Source of the DNA: an uncultured Candidatus Saccharibacteria bacterium
GTDB taxonomy: Bacteria > Patescibacteriota > Minisyncoccia > Phycocordibacterales > UBA12088
Reading direction: 5' to 3'
DNA: 64,000 nucleotides
Assembly: GCA_964562615.1 (NCBI GenBank)
Contig: CAZLUD010000002.1
Span: 153,300 to 217,299 of the forward strand
In this document: positions 62,118 through 64,000 of the stretch, piece by piece
Layout: each line of letters starts with the position of its first letter
Position numbering within the stretch: position 1 is the stretch's first letter
Position numbers and translations under genes: made by a program
Notes under the pieces: model-generated
What the model was told of the DNA's origin: nothing
What the model saw: only the letters and a program-made list of their open reading frames with translations
Databases searched by the model: none

Positions 62118-62758
62118 CTCTTCTTTCTTGCGCTAAAGACTAAGTCAAACGCAAACCACGAAGGAAAATGTTTTGATAGTAATGCGTACTTACCAAGTCC
62201 ATATATCGTTACCTCGTCAAAGTGTTTAAGGAGTAGTGTTCGTAACTCATCGACAGAAAAATGGTTTATATGAGTAGGGTCTGAAAGAGGTGTATGTTTT
62301 TTTGAGGCAAACAAATAACGGAGTCGATGCTTGAGGGTAAATGCATTAGGAACTGAACCAACAAATACACCGTGGGGGTGTAAGTGTGCAGAAACCCTTG
62401 CACACACTTCTTGTGGAAAAAATAGATGCTCTACAACCTCTCCTGCAACTACCACATCAAACTTTTTTTCTCCTAATTCACTCCATGAACCATTAAGATC
62501 AAAGATGATGGTTTCTATACCTAATTGTTTTCGTGCCTCATTAAGTAGCTCAGCGTCTATATCCACTCCGAGCACGGAATTGTTTTTTGTGAAATAACGA
62601 GTAAGCGTCCCATCTCTACACCCAATATCAAGCACTTGCTTGCCCTCTCCCACAAGGGATGTAAATAGCTTTCCTCTATCAGCTTCAAGAATTGAAAAGC
62701 CCTTTCTTCTTCCCCCTTTATGGTGGGTAGTGTACATGTCTTCGAGTGGTGATACCAT
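62114..62758 (-). CDS. class I SAM-dependent methyltransferase
   Basis: Motif I VLDIGCRDGTL, motif II-like FDVVVAGEVVEHL, and post-II PHGVFVGSVPN. Confidence 0.85.
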   Translation of the reverse strand: MVSPLEDMYTTHHKGGRRKGFSILEADRGKLFTSLVGEGKQVLDIGCRDGTLTRYFTKNNSVLGVDIDAELLNEARKQLGIETIIFDLNGSWSELGEKKFDVVVAGEVVEHLFFPQEVCARVSAHLHPHGVFVGSVPNAFTLKHRLRYLFASKKHTPLSDPTHINHFSVDELRTLLLKHFDEVTIYGLGKYALLSKHFPSWFAFDLVFSARKKS

Positions 62759-62815
62759 GGAAAAACCATACCATAAAAAGTCTTTAGTGACATATTTTTG
62801 CGCTTCAACACAACC

Positions 62816-64000
62816 ATGAAATCAATACCTCACCTAGAACATATATTGAATGACGAGTGCACAGCGCTTATAGAGGCACTCCCTAACGCACATGAAAAGC
62901 TAGAAATTCTTGCCGCTCAATATCAAACACTATTTTGTAACAAAGTAGCAGCATTAGGGTGTGATATCTCTTCACCTGATGCAGCGGTGTGTGCGCACAA
63001 AAAAATGATCGCGCTCATAAAAGAAATTGAGCGATCATTAGAAATGAGATACTCAGCACTTAATTGCTCAAATAGCGATGCTCTTTTAGCATTTGGCTCT
63101 TCGCTACACACCCTACTTCCACACAACACAAACACTCACTACCTCACTGAAAGTGCGATAGTGAGATTACTTGAAACAAATCCGCCTCATGCCCTCATGA
63201 GGCTTCATCACGTAGACACCATAAAGGACTTGCAACAAAAACTCCCCTTACGAATGGCGCTTGCCGCAACGAGACATACAGAAAGTGATGTCTGGCAACA
63301 GACATACCTAACGACACTTAGCACGTGCGCTATAGAGGACTTTGAAGAGCGAACATTAACGATACAGGTTATAGACATGACGCATTACTCACAAACACTC
63401 ATTGACGCAGGCAAGACACCCAAACCCTGGCGAATGAGCCATAGTAAAGAGACCGGCGTTATCACCTTCTTTACCGCAGACAAATACGCACACCACATTG
63501 CACCTTTACTTACCCGCATAGCGGTATTCCTTCATTATTATTATGAAGTCACTAGTGTTGGCGAATTTATTGCAAATCGCTCACACCACACCAGCGAAGA
63601 ATCATTAGGTGCTACATTAGTTGCAATCATACACAATCACCGAGATTCATTTGCCCACTTTACAACTCCAAACATATACGACGAAAATTTGTACTGGAAA
63701 CACGCACTCCTCGCATTTGATGCACTGTTTGCCATACCTGCATTTGATTTTTTTAAGGATACCGCATCACTTGGCGGAAGGTGCGCCGACACCGGTGAGC
63801 TACTATCACTAAATATAATAGATGTGCTATGGGATATTAGCCTCAGCGCCACAGACATAGAGTCGTATTTTGGAAACAACCCAAAACGATTTCTTTATCA
63901 CATGCAAGAATCCCTTTGGTATGACCTCCTGCAAAACCTGCTTGCAATTACACCTGATGCTATGGAGAAATTGGTAAAAGCATCACTACACATTGGCGAT
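62816..64000 (+). CDS. hypothetical protein, 3'-truncated by window edge
   Basis: From ATG 62816 the frame stays open for 395 codons to the end of the window (translated by hand: MKSIPHLEHILNDECTALIEALPNAHEKLEIL...). I recognise no family. Confidence 0.6.
   Translation, partial: MKSIPHLEHILNDECTALIEALPNAHEKLEILAAQYQTLFCNKVAALGCDISSPDAAVCAHKKMIALIKEIERSLEMRYSALNCSNSDALLAFGSSLHTLLPHNTNTHYLTESAIVRLLETNPPHALMRLHHVDTIKDLQQKLPLRMALAATRHTESDVWQQTYLTTLSTCAIEDFEERTLTIQVIDMTHYSQTLIDAGKTPKPWRMSHSKETGVITFFTADKYAHHIAPLLTRIAVFLHYYYEVTSVGEFIANRSHHTSEESLGATLVAIIHNHRDSFAHFTTPNIYDENLYWKHALLAFDALFAIPAFDFFKDTASLGGRCADTGELLSLNIIDVLWDISLSATDIESYFGNNPKRFLYHMQESLWYDLLQNLLAITPDAMEKLVKASLHIGD

Noticed and set aside
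1-64000. Possibility of an alternative genetic code (UGA recoding, as in some CPR lineages).
   Set aside because: All conserved genes translate full-length under the standard bacterial code. TGA also terminates genes at the expected length, for example the GNAT gene at 52685 and the 78-aa gene at 54835. RF1 is present, and nothing in the window requires recoding.
1-64000. CRISPR arrays, insertion sequences, integrases, a prophage, or a diversity-generating retroelement targeting the pilins or the giant protein.
   Set aside because: I saw no short direct-repeat/spacer array, no transposase, integrase or reverse-transcriptase-like ORF, and no inverted terminal repeats. The pilin repeats lie in the constant 5' region rather than in a variable C-terminal region with adenine-specific mismatches.

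Overview
The window looks like a gene-dense, about 44% GC chromosome segment from a reduced-genome bacterium. I infer a Candidate Phyla Radiation / Patescibacteria (Parcubacteria-like) lineage from the gene content. No rRNA, CRISPR array, transposase, integrase or reverse transcriptase is visible. Housekeeping genes: dnaE (5' cut by the window edge), thrS, gyrB, msrAB, pheS/pheT, tRNA-Thr(UGU), tsf, rpsB, prfA, rpmE, rplY, split transketolase, rpe-like, rpiB, gap, gatB, obg, secA and murB. Several are domain-minimised: ThrRS lacks TGS, PheS and EF-Ts are short, and transketolase is split. Four accessory themes stand out. (1) A sortase gene sits directly upstream of a 2258-aa modular surface protein. 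That protein has six copies of an unassigned Cys-bracketed module, nine Ig-like modules and one SdrD-B-like domain. It also has a VPYTG sorting-like motif, one TM helix and an unusual 427-aa cytoplasmic tail. Next to it is a pair of membrane-anchored CARDB paralogs. (2) Eight type IV pilin-like paralogs share near-identical 5' ends. Four of them alternate gene-by-gene with pentose-phosphate/glycolysis genes in one minus-strand block that also holds an antitoxin-less MazF-like gene. (3) The pheS-pheT operon carries an intact NlpC/P60-like domain inserted in the PheT B5 region, followed by a C39-like peptidase. (4) An envelope cluster encodes an LCAT-like secreted lipase, a Wzy_C/O-antigen-ligase-like protein with TPR repeats, a flippase and a methyltransferase. 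A low-GC islet of strongly SD-bearing small genes lies beside it. I also note an unlisted 38-aa Lys/Arg-rich mini-gene and recurrent -10 boxes 6-8 nt upstream of ATG, suggesting leaderless mRNAs. All calls come from reading the supplied translations and the sequence by eye. No database search was run.
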